Below are positions 8,358 through 18,700 of a stretch of DNA of 64,000 nucleotides, one piece after another. Numbering within the stretch: the first letter of the stretch is position 1; each line of letters begins with the position of its first letter. This DNA comes from Candidatus Multivoradales bacterium (GTDB lineage: Bacteria; Acidobacteriota; Thermoanaerobaculia; Multivoradales; JAHEKO01), in assembly GCA_965223155.1 (NCBI GenBank), contig CBDCVR010000013.1:992001-1056000 (forward strand), read 5' to 3'. The position numbers and the translations under genes were made by a program. Below the pieces are notes generated by a model. That model had not been told where the DNA came from. It was given only the letters and a program-made list of their open reading frames with translations, and searched no databases.

Positions 8358-9140
8358 GTGCTCGGCATCGTGGAGGAGAAGGCTGAGATCGCCTACGAGA
8401 TCCGGCGCTCGCGCCGGGCAAAGCGCGTTCGGCTAACGGTTCGGCCGGAGGGGGTGCGGGTCTCGGCGCCGCCATGGACGCGGGCGGCGACGATCCGGAG
8501 GTTCGTGGAGTCGAAGCGGCCCTGGATCGAGCGCCGGTCGCGGGAGCTGGCCGAGGAGGCGCGGCGATGGGCTTTGCCGGAGTCGCTCTCGCCGGGCGTT
8601 CTCGTTCCGCTTCGCGGAGACCGGGTCGAGCTCCACGTGCTCGACGCTCAGGCTCCGGTTGCCGCTTCGGCCTTCGCCTCGGGACTGACCTCAGCATCGG
8701 GGCGCCGGTCGAAGAGGGCTTCGGTTGAGCTCGCGGGCCGGCCCGCGGACCGAATCAAGGTGCTGGTGCCGGGAACCCAGGCCAAGTCCGAGCGCCAGAC
8801 CGAGATCCGGCGAGCGCTCGTCGACTGGCTGAAGCTCCAGGCGCTTGCCGACGCCGAGCGCTGGGTCGGCGTGTACGCTCCCCGCCTCGATGTCCGTCCC
8901 ACCAAGATCCGGATCGGCAACCAGAAGACCTTGTGGGGGAGCTGCTCGGCGCGCGGGACGATCTCGCTCAACTGGCGCCTGGTGACTCTGCCGGAGGCCT
9001 TGTTCGAATACGTGGTCGTCCACGAGCTCTGTCACCTAGTCGAGCGCAATCACGGACTGCAGTTCTGGAGCCTCGTGGGCTCGCTCCTGCCTGACTACGG
9101 CGATCGGCGCGCCGCGCTACGGCGGCGGACGATTCTCTAG
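8358..9140 (+). CDS. M48 family / YgjP-like zinc metallopeptidase (DUF45)
   Basis: RRSRRAKR N-terminus; QKTLWGSCS..ISLNWRL..YVVVHELCHL..NHG..FW. Confidence 0.9.
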   Translation: MLGIVEEKAEIAYEIRRSRRAKRVRLTVRPEGVRVSAPPWTRAATIRRFVESKRPWIERRSRELAEEARRWALPESLSPGVLVPLRGDRVELHVLDAQAPVAASAFASGLTSASGRRSKRASVELAGRPADRIKVLVPGTQAKSERQTEIRRALVDWLKLQALADAERWVGVYAPRLDVRPTKIRIGNQKTLWGSCSARGTISLNWRLVTLPEALFEYVVVHELCHLVERNHGLQFWSLVGSLLPDYGDRRAALRRRTIL

Positions 9141-9210
9141 AGCCCGCGACAGCTAGAGAGAGGCTACCGGCCCGGCAACCACGGCTACACGATCCCGGGC
9201 GGCCGCCCGA

Positions 9211-10119
9211 TCAGCTTCGCTCGTGCCGCAGAAAGGTGCCGTCTTCGAGCTCGGCGTAGGCCTGACGCAGCTCGCCGGGAGAGTTCATGACGATCGGCCC
9301 GTGCCAGGCCACCGGCTCGCGCAGGGGCTGGCCCGAGACCAGCAGGAAGCGCATTCCCTCGTCGCCCGCCTCGACCACGATCTCGTCGCCGCGGTCGAAG
9401 AGAACCAGCGAGCGGTCGCCGGCCGGAGTCAAGCTCATCGCCCCCGAGGCCAGATCTTCGGTGGGCACGCCGCGCGGGTCGGACGCGCCGGCGAACCGGC
9501 CCGACCCGGCAAAGACGTAAGCAAAAGCGTGGTCGGCGGTCTCGACCGCCAGGCGCTTGCGCCGGTTGGGCGGAACCGAGACGTCCAGGTACCGGGGATC
9601 GGCGGCTATGCCCTCGACCGGTCCGCGGGCGCCCCAGAACTCGCCACAGACGACCCGCACCCGGGTGCCGTCGTCGTCGGTCACCTCAGGAACGTCGCCG
9701 CTCGCGATGTCCTGGTAGCGCGGCGCAGTCATCTTCTTCGACGCCGGCAGATTGGCCCAAAGCTGGAAACCGTGCATGCGGCCGGCCGGGTCCCCGGCCG
9801 GCATCTCCTGATGGACGATGCCGCTGCCGGCGGTCATCCACTGCACGTCGCCGGCGCCGACGACGCCGGAGTTGCCCAGGCTGTCGGCGTGCTCGACACT
9901 ACCGGCCAGAACGTAGGTGATGGTCTCGATGCCGCGGTGCGGGTGCCAGGGGAACCCCGCCCGGTAGTCCTCCGAGCGCTCGTTGCGGAAGTCGTCCAGC
10001 AGCAGAAACGGGTCGAAGTCCTTGGTCTTGCCAAAGCCGAAGGCGCGGTCGAGGCGAACGCCGGCGCCTTCGATCGTGGGTTGGGCTTGACTGACGGAAC
10101 GGGCAGGCCGGATGGACAT
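9211..10119 (-). CDS. Pirin family protein
   Basis: EGAGV, DPFLLLDDF, GFPWHPHRGIETITY, VQWMTAGSGIVHQEMP, GPIVMN; AGGAGG RBS before ATG 10119. Confidence 0.95.
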   Translation of the reverse strand: MSIRPARSVSQAQPTIEGAGVRLDRAFGFGKTKDFDPFLLLDDFRNERSEDYRAGFPWHPHRGIETITYVLAGSVEHADSLGNSGVVGAGDVQWMTAGSGIVHQEMPAGDPAGRMHGFQLWANLPASKKMTAPRYQDIASGDVPEVTDDDGTRVRVVCGEFWGARGPVEGIAADPRYLDVSVPPNRRKRLAVETADHAFAYVFAGSGRFAGASDPRGVPTEDLASGAMSLTPAGDRSLVLFDRGDEIVVEAGDEGMRFLLVSGQPLREPVAWHGPIVMNSPGELRQAYAELEDGTFLRHERS

Positions 10120-10262
10120 CAGGCACCTCCTGGAACGGTCGCTGTCGAGAAAAAGCACTACGCGGATGCGCACCCCGAACAACGGATTCGGAGCGTTTGA
10201 AATTCCCTCCCGCGATGTCTCCGGGACTCGCCCCGGCGGTCGCTTGCAGGTACCCTCGGCCG

Positions 10263-11615
10263 ATGCTCGCGACCCGGCCTTCGACCGAGACCGGCCGGCT
10301 TCTGCGCCTGGCCGGCCCGATGATCGTCGGGCAACTCGCCGGGGTGCTCATGACCTTCGTCGACACGGTCATGGCCGGAAGACTCTCGGCCGAAGCTCTG
10401 GCGGCGGTGGCCGCGGGCAGCGCCATCTGGCACACCCTGATGCTCGCGGGCATGGGTATCCTGCTCGCGGTCTCGCCTTCGGTGGCGCAGCTCGACGGCG
10501 CCGGCCGGCAGAGCGAGATCGGCCCCCTGGTCCGGCAGGCCGCCTGGATTGCCCTCGCCCTGGCGGCGGTCACCGTCGCCGCATGCCTGGGCGCCGGCCC
10601 GCTTCTCCACGCACTCGACATCGAACCGGGGCTCCACGAGACGATCCTGGGATACCTCAAGGCCCTCCTCTGGGGTGCCCTGCCGATGTATCTCTTCCTG
10701 GCGCTTCGTTTCCTGTGCGAGGGCGTCGAGATCAGCCGGCCGGTGATGTATTTCGGCTTCGTCGGGCTGGCGGTCAACGTGGTCGCCAACTACGGCCTCA
10801 TCTACGGCCACTGGGGCCTGCCGCGACTGGGCGCCGTGGGCTGCGGCTACGCCACCTCGGCGGTCTGGTGGACCGAGCTGGCCGGGCTCGTGGCCTACGT
10901 CCGGCTCCATCCGAAGCTGCGCCGGCTCCACGTCTTCGGCCGCTTTGACCGTCCGCGGGTCGAGCCCCTGCTCGAGCTCCTGCGCCTGGGTGGACCGATC
11001 GGGTTCAGCTTCTTCGTGGAGGTCAGCATGTTCGCGGGGGTGGCGCTGCTCATGGGCTCGATCAGCGCCGTGGCGGTGGCCGGACACCAGATCGCGATCA
11101 ACGTCGCCTCGACCACGTTCATGGTGCCCTTGGGGATCTCGCTGGCGACCACGGTCCGGGTGGGTAACGCCCTGGGCCGCGGCGATCGCGGCGGCGCCCG
11201 GCGCGCCGGATGGCTGGGCATCCGGGTCGCGCTCGCCGCGCAAGTGCTGTCTTCGATCCTGCTGGTGGTCTTCCCGCGCGCCATCGCCGGCATCTACAGC
11301 CGGGATCCGGCGGTAGTCGCGGTCGCGGTCCAGCTGCTGCTGGCGGCGGCGATCTTCCAGCTCTCGGACGGACTCCAGGTTTCGGCGGCGGGCGCCCTGC
11401 GCGGCGCCAAGGACACCCGGGCCCCGATGCTCGTCACGGTCGTCGCGTACTGGGCGGTCGGCCTGCCCTTCGGCTACTGGCTGTGCTTTCGCCAGGGGCT
11501 GGGGGCGATCGGCCTCTGGATCGGCATCATCGGCGGCCTCACGGTCGCCGGCCTCTTGCTCACGGCCCGGTTCCGTCAGCTTCTGAGCGGGCCGGCGCCC
11601 GCGGGCGCCGGCTAG
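10263..11615 (+). CDS. norM: MATE family efflux transporter
   Basis: LRLAGP..FVDTVMAGRLS..LAAVA; PRLGAVGCGYAT; FQLSDGLQV..GALRGAKDT; about 12 TM. Confidence 0.9.
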   Translation: MLATRPSTETGRLLRLAGPMIVGQLAGVLMTFVDTVMAGRLSAEALAAVAAGSAIWHTLMLAGMGILLAVSPSVAQLDGAGRQSEIGPLVRQAAWIALALAAVTVAACLGAGPLLHALDIEPGLHETILGYLKALLWGALPMYLFLALRFLCEGVEISRPVMYFGFVGLAVNVVANYGLIYGHWGLPRLGAVGCGYATSAVWWTELAGLVAYVRLHPKLRRLHVFGRFDRPRVEPLLELLRLGGPIGFSFFVEVSMFAGVALLMGSISAVAVAGHQIAINVASTTFMVPLGISLATTVRVGNALGRGDRGGARRAGWLGIRVALAAQVLSSILLVVFPRAIAGIYSRDPAVVAVAVQLLLAAAIFQLSDGLQVSAAGALRGAKDTRAPMLVTVVAYWAVGLPFGYWLCFRQGLGAIGLWIGIIGGLTVAGLLLTARFRQLLSGPAPAGAG

Positions 11616-11630
11616 GGCTGAAGACGACAG

Positions 11631-11659
11631 CGGGCCGCCGCCGACAAGGCGGCGACCCG
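11631..11659. terminator. GC-rich hairpin between convergent genes, possible bidirectional terminator
   Basis: CGGG(C)CGCCGCC-GACAA-GGCGGCG(A)CCCG; no clear U-tract. Confidence 0.4.
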
Positions 11660-11681
11660 TGTCCGTTGATCGCGGAGGCCT

Positions 11682-12443
11682 CTAGCGGCCGGCGTCGGCC
11701 GCTTCCGCCATCGCCTCGCGGGCGGCGACGTCGTCCGACGACATGTCCACGGTCACCATGAAGCCGGTTGTACCGCTGAACTCGAAGGCCTTGTCTCCGA
11801 CCTTCCAGGTCTCGATCTCGTTCGGCATCATCTTGAACCCGTCGTTACGGGCGGCACCGAAGTACGCGATGTTGTTGAGAAAGCCGGGACCGCCGTCCAT
11901 GCCCGCCCACTTGTTGAGAGCGATGTGGGCCTTCTCGCCGCCGTCCAGCTTGGCCTCGGCCCGGTCCTCGGTAGCCATCCACTCGATGTCGCCATCCGCG
12001 GCAACCTCGAAGGACTTCCACTGCACCGGAAAGATGTGGCCCAGAGCCGTGGCGACACCCGCTTTCTGCGCGTCGGTCGTACCCTCTTGGAAGGTCACGA
12101 TCGCCCACTCGGTCTCGCCGTCCTCCCAGTTGTCACCCAGGTCCCCGGCGACCCAAAACCTGACTCCGGCCAGATCGGTGTCGCCATGGTGACCTTCGTT
12201 GACCTTGTAGGCCATGTTGAACTTGCAGAAGTGCTCGGGGTCGTGGGCCACATGGGAGGCGGGCTCGAAATTGAAGTAGCACTGGCAGAACATCGGACAG
12301 CTACAGGCCTCGATCACGGTTCCGTTGAAGTGCCAATCCTCGCCGTCGCCGGCCCAGACCATGGGCGCCGCCAGGATCGCGACAGCCGCCACGAGCGCAG
12401 CGCCAAGAAACCACGTTCTCTTTCGATTCATACTTCCCTCCAT
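11682..12443 (-). CDS. DUF1326 family protein, exported
   Basis: W...G..IEACSCPMFCQC..C..EGHHGDTDLAG pattern; signal peptide. Confidence 0.75.
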   Translation of the reverse strand: MEGSMNRKRTWFLGAALVAAVAILAAPMVWAGDGEDWHFNGTVIEACSCPMFCQCYFNFEPASHVAHDPEHFCKFNMAYKVNEGHHGDTDLAGVRFWVAGDLGDNWEDGETEWAIVTFQEGTTDAQKAGVATALGHIFPVQWKSFEVAADGDIEWMATEDRAEAKLDGGEKAHIALNKWAGMDGGPGFLNNIAYFGAARNDGFKMMPNEIETWKVGDKAFEFSGTTGFMVTVDMSSDDVAAREAMAEAADAGR

Positions 12444-12744
12444 GGATGGTCCAGGCGAGTTGTGACTCGCCCGGTGTTGCCGCCGGCGAAGCCGCTCCGC
12501 CGGCGCCTTACGAATGATCTACTGAACCTATCTCCAGCAATCGAAATCGTCAATCCCGCTCTGCCCGGCCTGGAAGGCCTCGCCGCCTTGCCAGATCGCA
12601 CCAAATAGTGCAACATTCGTTAACTCGTTAACGCGTGGCGGGAGTGACGCACGTTGGCGCTGGGCTCGGACGTTTGACCGGCCTAGGGGTAGAGGGCGGG
12701 GTGTCTCTACAGGCGAAACGGCCGGACCGGCAGGAGGGACAGCC

Positions 12745-14799
12745 ATGACGCAATTCCAAAATCCTTGTCGCCGGCTCTTCGGAGCCCTTCTCGTGACCTC
12801 GGTCCTCGGTGTGGCTCCGGCCAGCGGCAGCGACCCGCAGCTCGCTGATCCGCTGCCGCCACCGCTGTCCGAAAGCGAGACAATCCACGAGCGCATCGAT
12901 GTGCACGCGCAGCGGGCGATCGTCAGGCTCTCGCACGGCGCCACCTTCGAGGACCGCGCCACCTCGCGCTATCTCCTGCGTGGCGTCCAGTACGGTGTCC
13001 TGGGCGGCATCTACAAGGTCGATACCCAGGTTCCGGCGTTGCGAGCCCAAAGTCTTGGCCAGGGGTGGTGGACGCTGCTCGACGGGCGTCCGGCCGGATG
13101 CATGCTCGAACCGGCGCACGAGAAGCCCATCTTGATCTTCAGCAAGACCGTGGCGCCGCAGACCGACGCCCTGGCCCAGGCGCTCAAGACCGCTCTCGAC
13201 GAGTGCGGCTTCCGCCGGCTGGACGTTCTCGTGACCCGGGGCGGCTACCCCTGCACCGAGGCCTACGTCACGATCTCGAGCGAGCCCGTGGGGGTCGCCA
13301 ACGATCCGCCCTGCCGCACCTACCCGTCCGGTCTCTGCCGCTTCTACGTTCCCACCGCGATGTACGAGTTTCGCGTCACCTGCAACAGCGAGTCGACCGA
13401 CCCGGTGGGAATCTACCGGGCCGTAGCCCCCGGGGCTGGCGTCCAGACGGAAGCGTTCGATTTCGCCGGGGCTCCCGAGCCATCCACCCCACCGGCGCCG
13501 CCGCCGGCCACACCGCCGGGCACCACTCCCCCGCCGGGCTCACCGCCGGGGCAAACCACTCCGCCGCCACCGCCCACGACCAAGGGAACGCCACCGTCGA
13601 AGACGCCGCCGCCGGCGACTCCGCCTCAGGCGACACCTCCGGCCTACGGTCGCGTTCCGCTCGGCAAGCTGCCGCCGTCGACCAAAGGACCGCCGCCGAC
13701 CCCCTCCAAGCTCCCCCGCACTCGGATCACCCGTCCGCCCAGCCGCCTGCGCCTTCCGGGGCGCACGGCGACGCCGCCGTCTGAACCTCCACAACCTTCG
13801 GAGCCCCCGCCCACGGGAACGCCGCCGGCGTCCGTCGCGGTACGCGACTGCCCGGTCACGCCGGTTCGTGGCGGCCCTTGCTGGACGACCGAAGACGTCA
13901 TCAACTCGGCGATCGACCATCACGCCCAGAGCGCCTTGCTACGTATGTTCGCCGGCGGCGGCGTGCCGGCGGCCGAGGCCTCGCAGATCCTGTGCGCGGC
14001 CAAGGCGGGCGAGCTCGAGGGCGTGTACTTGCCGGACCAGCAGGTCCCGGCGCTCCGCGTCCGCTCTCAGGGCGGCAATTGGTGGGAAATGATTCCGGCC
14101 GGCAGCCATTCGGTCTGCTACCAGCCACCGCCCGACCGGGCGCCGCTGATCGCCTTCAGCAAGCAGATCAAGGACGACCGCGCTCTGGTGGCGATCGCAC
14201 TTTCCAACGCCTGGCACGATTGCAAGCTTCCGCCGACCGCGCCCCGCTGCTACGTCGCGACGATCTCCAAGCCCAAGCCCGAGCTGGTCTGCCCCCCCGG
14301 CACCATCCCGGATCCCGAGGGTGAGGTCTGCGTACCCCAGGTCGTCTGCCCGCCGGGCTCGGATCCGAAACCAGACGGCACCGGCTGCGTCGAGCGCGAG
14401 TGCCCGCCCGGAACGATTCCGGACGGTGACCTCTGCATTCTGGATCTGCCCGGAACGGTGCAGACACCGTGTACGCAATCCGAGATCGAGCAGCAGTTCC
14501 AGCAGAAGACCGACTTCTGCGCCTCGATCAAGTTCGGCCTCGACGCCGCCTGCGGCCTGGGCCAGAGTCCCTGCGATCATCTGCGGCCGGTAAAGTTCGG
14601 CTGCGACGTCTTCGAACGGATCTTCGGCAAGCCCATCCCGGGCGCCAAGCACCCGGCCTGCTCCGAGTCGAACGCCGGCTTCTACAAGAGATGCGTACTC
14701 TCGACCCTCGAGGGCGAACGCAAGACCCTACCCTGCACACTGCCGTCAGCCAGCGACCTGCGCCAGAAGTACGACTCCTGGCCCGGGAAGCAGAAGTAA
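12745..14799 (+). CDS. Secreted multidomain hypothetical protein: two copies of an unrecognised domain, Pro/Thr-rich linker, CPPG repeats, Cys-rich C-terminus
   Basis: GGAGG RBS; signal peptide; internal homology (QVPALR..S.G..WW); CPPGTIPD/CPPGSDP/CPPGTIPD repeats. Confidence 0.8.
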   Translation: MTQFQNPCRRLFGALLVTSVLGVAPASGSDPQLADPLPPPLSESETIHERIDVHAQRAIVRLSHGATFEDRATSRYLLRGVQYGVLGGIYKVDTQVPALRAQSLGQGWWTLLDGRPAGCMLEPAHEKPILIFSKTVAPQTDALAQALKTALDECGFRRLDVLVTRGGYPCTEAYVTISSEPVGVANDPPCRTYPSGLCRFYVPTAMYEFRVTCNSESTDPVGIYRAVAPGAGVQTEAFDFAGAPEPSTPPAPPPATPPGTTPPPGSPPGQTTPPPPPTTKGTPPSKTPPPATPPQATPPAYGRVPLGKLPPSTKGPPPTPSKLPRTRITRPPSRLRLPGRTATPPSEPPQPSEPPPTGTPPASVAVRDCPVTPVRGGPCWTTEDVINSAIDHHAQSALLRMFAGGGVPAAEASQILCAAKAGELEGVYLPDQQVPALRVRSQGGNWWEMIPAGSHSVCYQPPPDRAPLIAFSKQIKDDRALVAIALSNAWHDCKLPPTAPRCYVATISKPKPELVCPPGTIPDPEGEVCVPQVVCPPGSDPKPDGTGCVERECPPGTIPDGDLCILDLPGTVQTPCTQSEIEQQFQQKTDFCASIKFGLDAACGLGQSPCDHLRPVKFGCDVFERIFGKPIPGAKHPACSESNAGFYKRCVLSTLEGERKTLPCTLPSASDLRQKYDSWPGKQK
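14056..14176 (+). repeat. Copy 1 of a ~120-bp near-identical coding repeat (copy 2 at ~15158-15277)
   Basis: cgcgtccgctctcagggcggcaattggtggga...cgggcgccgctgatcgccttcagcaagcagatcaaggacg is shared by two adjacent genes. Confidence 0.9.
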
Positions 14800-14833
14800 G
14801 CAAGGGACGGAACCTGAAAGGAGCTGAACGAGC

Positions 14834-15733
14834 ATGAGAGTCCTTCGAGCCGTATCCACCGTCCTCCCTCTGTGCGCGGGCGCCGTCCTCCTCGCCATGG
14901 CTCTGGTCGCCGTCCCGGCGGCGGCCACGAGTCCTCGGGTCGCGGTCGATCAGTGCGCCGACATTCTTCCGGTTCCGGGCTGCTGGACGACCCAGGACGT
15001 GATCGACCCCCATATCGACTCCCACGCCCAGACCGCGCTCATGGGCATGCTGACGCGAGGCGGAGCCGATGGAGCCGTCGCCTCCGCCATCCTGTGCGCG
15101 GTCAAGCGGCGTCATCTCGAAGGGGTCTACCTGCCCGACCAGGGCGTGCCCGCCCTACGCGTCCGCTCTCAGGGCGGCAATTGGTGGGAGATGATCCCGG
15201 CCGGCAGCCACTCGGTCTGCTACAAGCCGCCGCCCGAGCGGGCGCCGCTGATCGCCTTCAGCAAGCAGATCAAGGACGTCTCGACCGCGGTGGCCGCGGC
15301 CCTCACCTCGGCCTGGACCGACTGCAGCCTGCCGGCCACGGCGCCTCGTTGCTACTTTGCCACCATTACGAAACCACCGACGCCGGTGCCGCCCGGCGGT
15401 GGCGACAGCGGCGGCGGGGACACCGACAACGGCGACAACGGCGGCTCGACCGAGCCTCCGGCCACTGAAGGGCCCGCCACGGTCATCATCGACCTCAAAC
15501 GCGGTGGCGTTCCGTACGCGGGCAAGGCCCAAGTCTTCATTGCGAATCCCGACCATCAGGAGTGGGACGTGGTCACCGGTCAGGTGACGTTCACGGTGCC
15601 GCCCGGTGTCTATAACACCGCGGCGCGCGACTACGGCCTGACCGATTGCAAACTGGGACCCGCCACGCCGATCGTGGTTCGATCGAATGACACGCTGCGG
15701 TTCTCCCTCGAAGTCCCGGAATGCCTGCCCTAA
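14834..15733 (+). CDS. Secreted hypothetical protein with a third copy of the same domain and a C-terminal beta-sandwich-like domain
   Basis: AAGGAG RBS; signal peptide; CWTTQDVID..EGVYLPDQGVPALRVRSQGGNWWEMIPAGSHSVCY..PLIAFSKQIKD. Confidence 0.85.
   Translation: MRVLRAVSTVLPLCAGAVLLAMALVAVPAAATSPRVAVDQCADILPVPGCWTTQDVIDPHIDSHAQTALMGMLTRGGADGAVASAILCAVKRRHLEGVYLPDQGVPALRVRSQGGNWWEMIPAGSHSVCYKPPPERAPLIAFSKQIKDVSTAVAAALTSAWTDCSLPATAPRCYFATITKPPTPVPPGGGDSGGGDTDNGDNGGSTEPPATEGPATVIIDLKRGGVPYAGKAQVFIANPDHQEWDVVTGQVTFTVPPGVYNTAARDYGLTDCKLGPATPIVVRSNDTLRFSLEVPECLP
15158..15277 (+). repeat. Copy 2 of the ~120-bp near-identical coding repeat
   Basis: Matches 14056-14176 with mostly synonymous differences. 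Confidence 0.9.
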
Positions 15734-15769
15734 CCGCAGAAACCAAGACGAAGGGATAGCGGAATCCAC

Positions 15770-18700
15770 TTGGCTCAGCCTGTCCTCAACCTTGGCGTTC
15801 TGCGCCGGCGCCCGCACCTCAGCAGCCCAAGCGATCCCAGTGATCGCGGCGGCAAGGGCGGGCTGACCGCGCCGGAGGACGCGCCCGGAAGGGACGGCGA
15901 TCTCTCCCGGCGAACCCTTCTGGGACTGGCGGGAGCGGCCACGGTCGGGCTGTCGCCGGCCGCCAGAGCGATCGAGACCGCGGCGCTAGGCCGCTACCGT
16001 CTGGAGCACGATCGGCAGCGGGCCATGTTCTCCCTGGGGACGGGCCACGTCTGGACGCTCGACGCCCGCCGCTTCGGCGGCCGGCCGTCTCTCGAGGTCG
16101 ACCGAACCGGCGGCGAGGTCCGCCTGACTCTGTCCGGCGCCCTGTTCCCGGGCACCCAGATTCCGGCGGATCTGGTTTGCCGGCTTGCTCCGGGAACCCT
16201 GGCCACTCGCATGGAAATCGCGTTCGGGCTCTGCGATCTCCGCGTGACCGCTGCCTTCGAGCCCTGGCTGGCGGGACTCGAGAAAGCCCGCGGCGTCCTG
16301 CGGCGAGCTGCGCGGGCGGAGGTCGCCGGCGACGGCTCAACCCTGGCGCTGGCGGCCCGCGGCGCCGCGACCTTCGGTCCGGATTGGATCCTGACTCTGG
16401 AAGGCACCGCGGTCGGCGAATTGGCTCTCGGCGGACCTGCTCACGAAGTTCGGCTGCCCGGAGACCGCATCGAGCTCGCTTTGCTGGCGGCCGGCACCCC
16501 CAGCTTGGTCGGCCGGCCGGCGCCGAAGCGCTGCCTGGTCACGATCGAGCGCGGCGACTCGGACTGGGATGCCGGCGTCTTGCTGCCCGCGCCCCCGGCC
16601 GGCCGGCTCGCGTGCGCGTCCGCCTCCGCCAGTCTGGTCCACGTCGAGTCCGGTTGCGATGACAACGTTTCGAAGACCGCGGCCCTCCTGGTCGAGCTTG
16701 ACGCCCTGACCTTCGCGCCGGCCGCGGGCCTCGCGACCCCGGACGGCGAGGTCTTGCAGATTCCGTTAGAAGACGTCCGCTATGGGCGCGTCCTGAGCGG
16801 CGCGGGCGCGGGAGAAGCCGCGCTATCGGCCCGTTTCGCACCTCGAGCGGTGTGGCTTGCGGCCGGCGACACCCGGCTCCAGATCGGCGGCCGATCGCGA
16901 GCGAGCGAAGAGCGCTTCGAGCTTCTGGGCACAGCCGAGGGCTTTCGCGAGATCCGGTGTCAACCCAGATTGTTCGGCATCCTGGCGCCGCTCGCCGGCG
17001 GCAGCGCCGGACTCATGAGGCCCCGAGCCGAAGCCCGGCTGGCCTTCGCCGGACTCGGCCGTCCGGGCCTACTGGCGCCGGCTGAAGCGACTGCCGGCGG
17101 CACCCAGCAGCGACGAGTCACGCCGCGGGTGATACGCCCTCAGACCCAACCCGAGGATCAAGCGACCTCGGACCGGCCCACCCTCGACGCTCGGCCGCGA
17201 GCCATGGACCGCGCCGTCTTGACGATCGCGGACGATCGTCTGACCCGCCTACGACTGCCTTCGAACCTGATTGTGTCGGTGCTCCGCTCCCGGGACTTCC
17301 TGGCCCTCGATTTCGAATTCGTCAACCTGCGGCTCGAGGCTTCGGCGCCCAGGCGGCTGGTCCGCTCGGACGCCGCCAAGCCGGCCTACGTGATCGTTCA
17401 CTTCCCGCCCCAGAGCGTGTACGAGCAGGCCTTCTATGAGGTCAGCGGATCGAGCGATGGCGTCGACTCGGACGGCAAACCCGTGCCCAGCGAGTCCGGC
17501 GGCAGCGAGCGGCTGCCGACGCCGCCGGTTCACTCACGGCTGTCCGGACCCAGCCGTCTCTCCTTCCGGCTGCCGCGCATCGTCAACGAGCTTCCCTACA
17601 CGCTCGAAGGATTGCTCGAAGCCTGCTTGACGATGCCGCTCGCCGTCGGCCGCAACGCGCGGCCCCCGGATCCACCGGTCCGCTCCGGGCAGCTCACCAG
17701 AGCCCTGGCGCTCCTGAGCGGCGCCACCGCGACGCGGGGCACGGTCGGGAGGGCCCCGGCCGGAACCGCGCGGGCGATCTCGGGCTCTCGGCGTGGAGCG
17801 GCTTCGACCGGATCGGCAGCCGCGAGGCTGAGGCAGCCCGGCAACAGGATGGACTCCACCGCCACTTCCACCGCGGCCCCGGGAGCCATCGGCCTGGTTG
17901 CCGGTCCGCCGGCCGAGCCGACGCCCGTCGAGACCGCGATCGAGATGCCCTATCGACTGATTCTGTCTCCGCACGGCAAGTCGGCCTGGTCGCATTCGGT
18001 CGACACCGGTCCGAGCCAGGAGGGCAGCGGCCGGCACGAGCTCTGGCACACGCGTCTGGCGGTCCGCGCCGGCGACGGCTCGGCCGACGAGCGCAACCGC
18101 CACTACCGCAGCGTGCGGGCGATCTGGTCGCCGGACTACAACGCCGCCAGGCCGCCCGACCATCAGAACCTCCCTTTCCGCTCGACCCTGGACGCGCGGG
18201 ACCGGCACGAGGTCGTGGCCTTGAGCTCGGACTTCTCGATGGCCGGATGGAAGCCGCTGCCGATCGCGGTCGAGCGCCTGATGCTGACCTCCCTCGGAGC
18301 CTGGCTGGACAGCCGCGGCGCCTGGGAGCCGCCGGGGTCGCTCGAGGTCGAGGAATGGAAGCATCGCGCCACCATGGCCCGCGACCACTACGTGCGGGTC
18401 GTCTACAAGGGCTACCTCTTTCCCTTCCGCCATCGCGCGTCGCTGATCAAGGTTACCCAACGCAAATTCCAGAAGATCCAGGACGGGCCGCAAGCCGGAC
18501 AGATCGCGGCCTTCCTGCGACAGCGCATGTTCATCGTGGTGCGCGAGCCCGAGCTGACCTATGACTACGCAGTGGCGAGCGGCGGCGCCCGCTGGGAACG
18601 CGAGAATCCTTTCAAGCGGGTGCGGATCACCACGCTCACCACGCCGGACCTGCTGGATCCCAACAGCCCCGAGTGCGAGGCCGCGCCCGGCTTCGGGCAG

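Noticed and set aside
13470-13830. Repetitive CCG-rich DNA as a tandem repeat or array
   Set aside because: Explained by Pro-rich coding sequence; no fixed-period unit or spacers.
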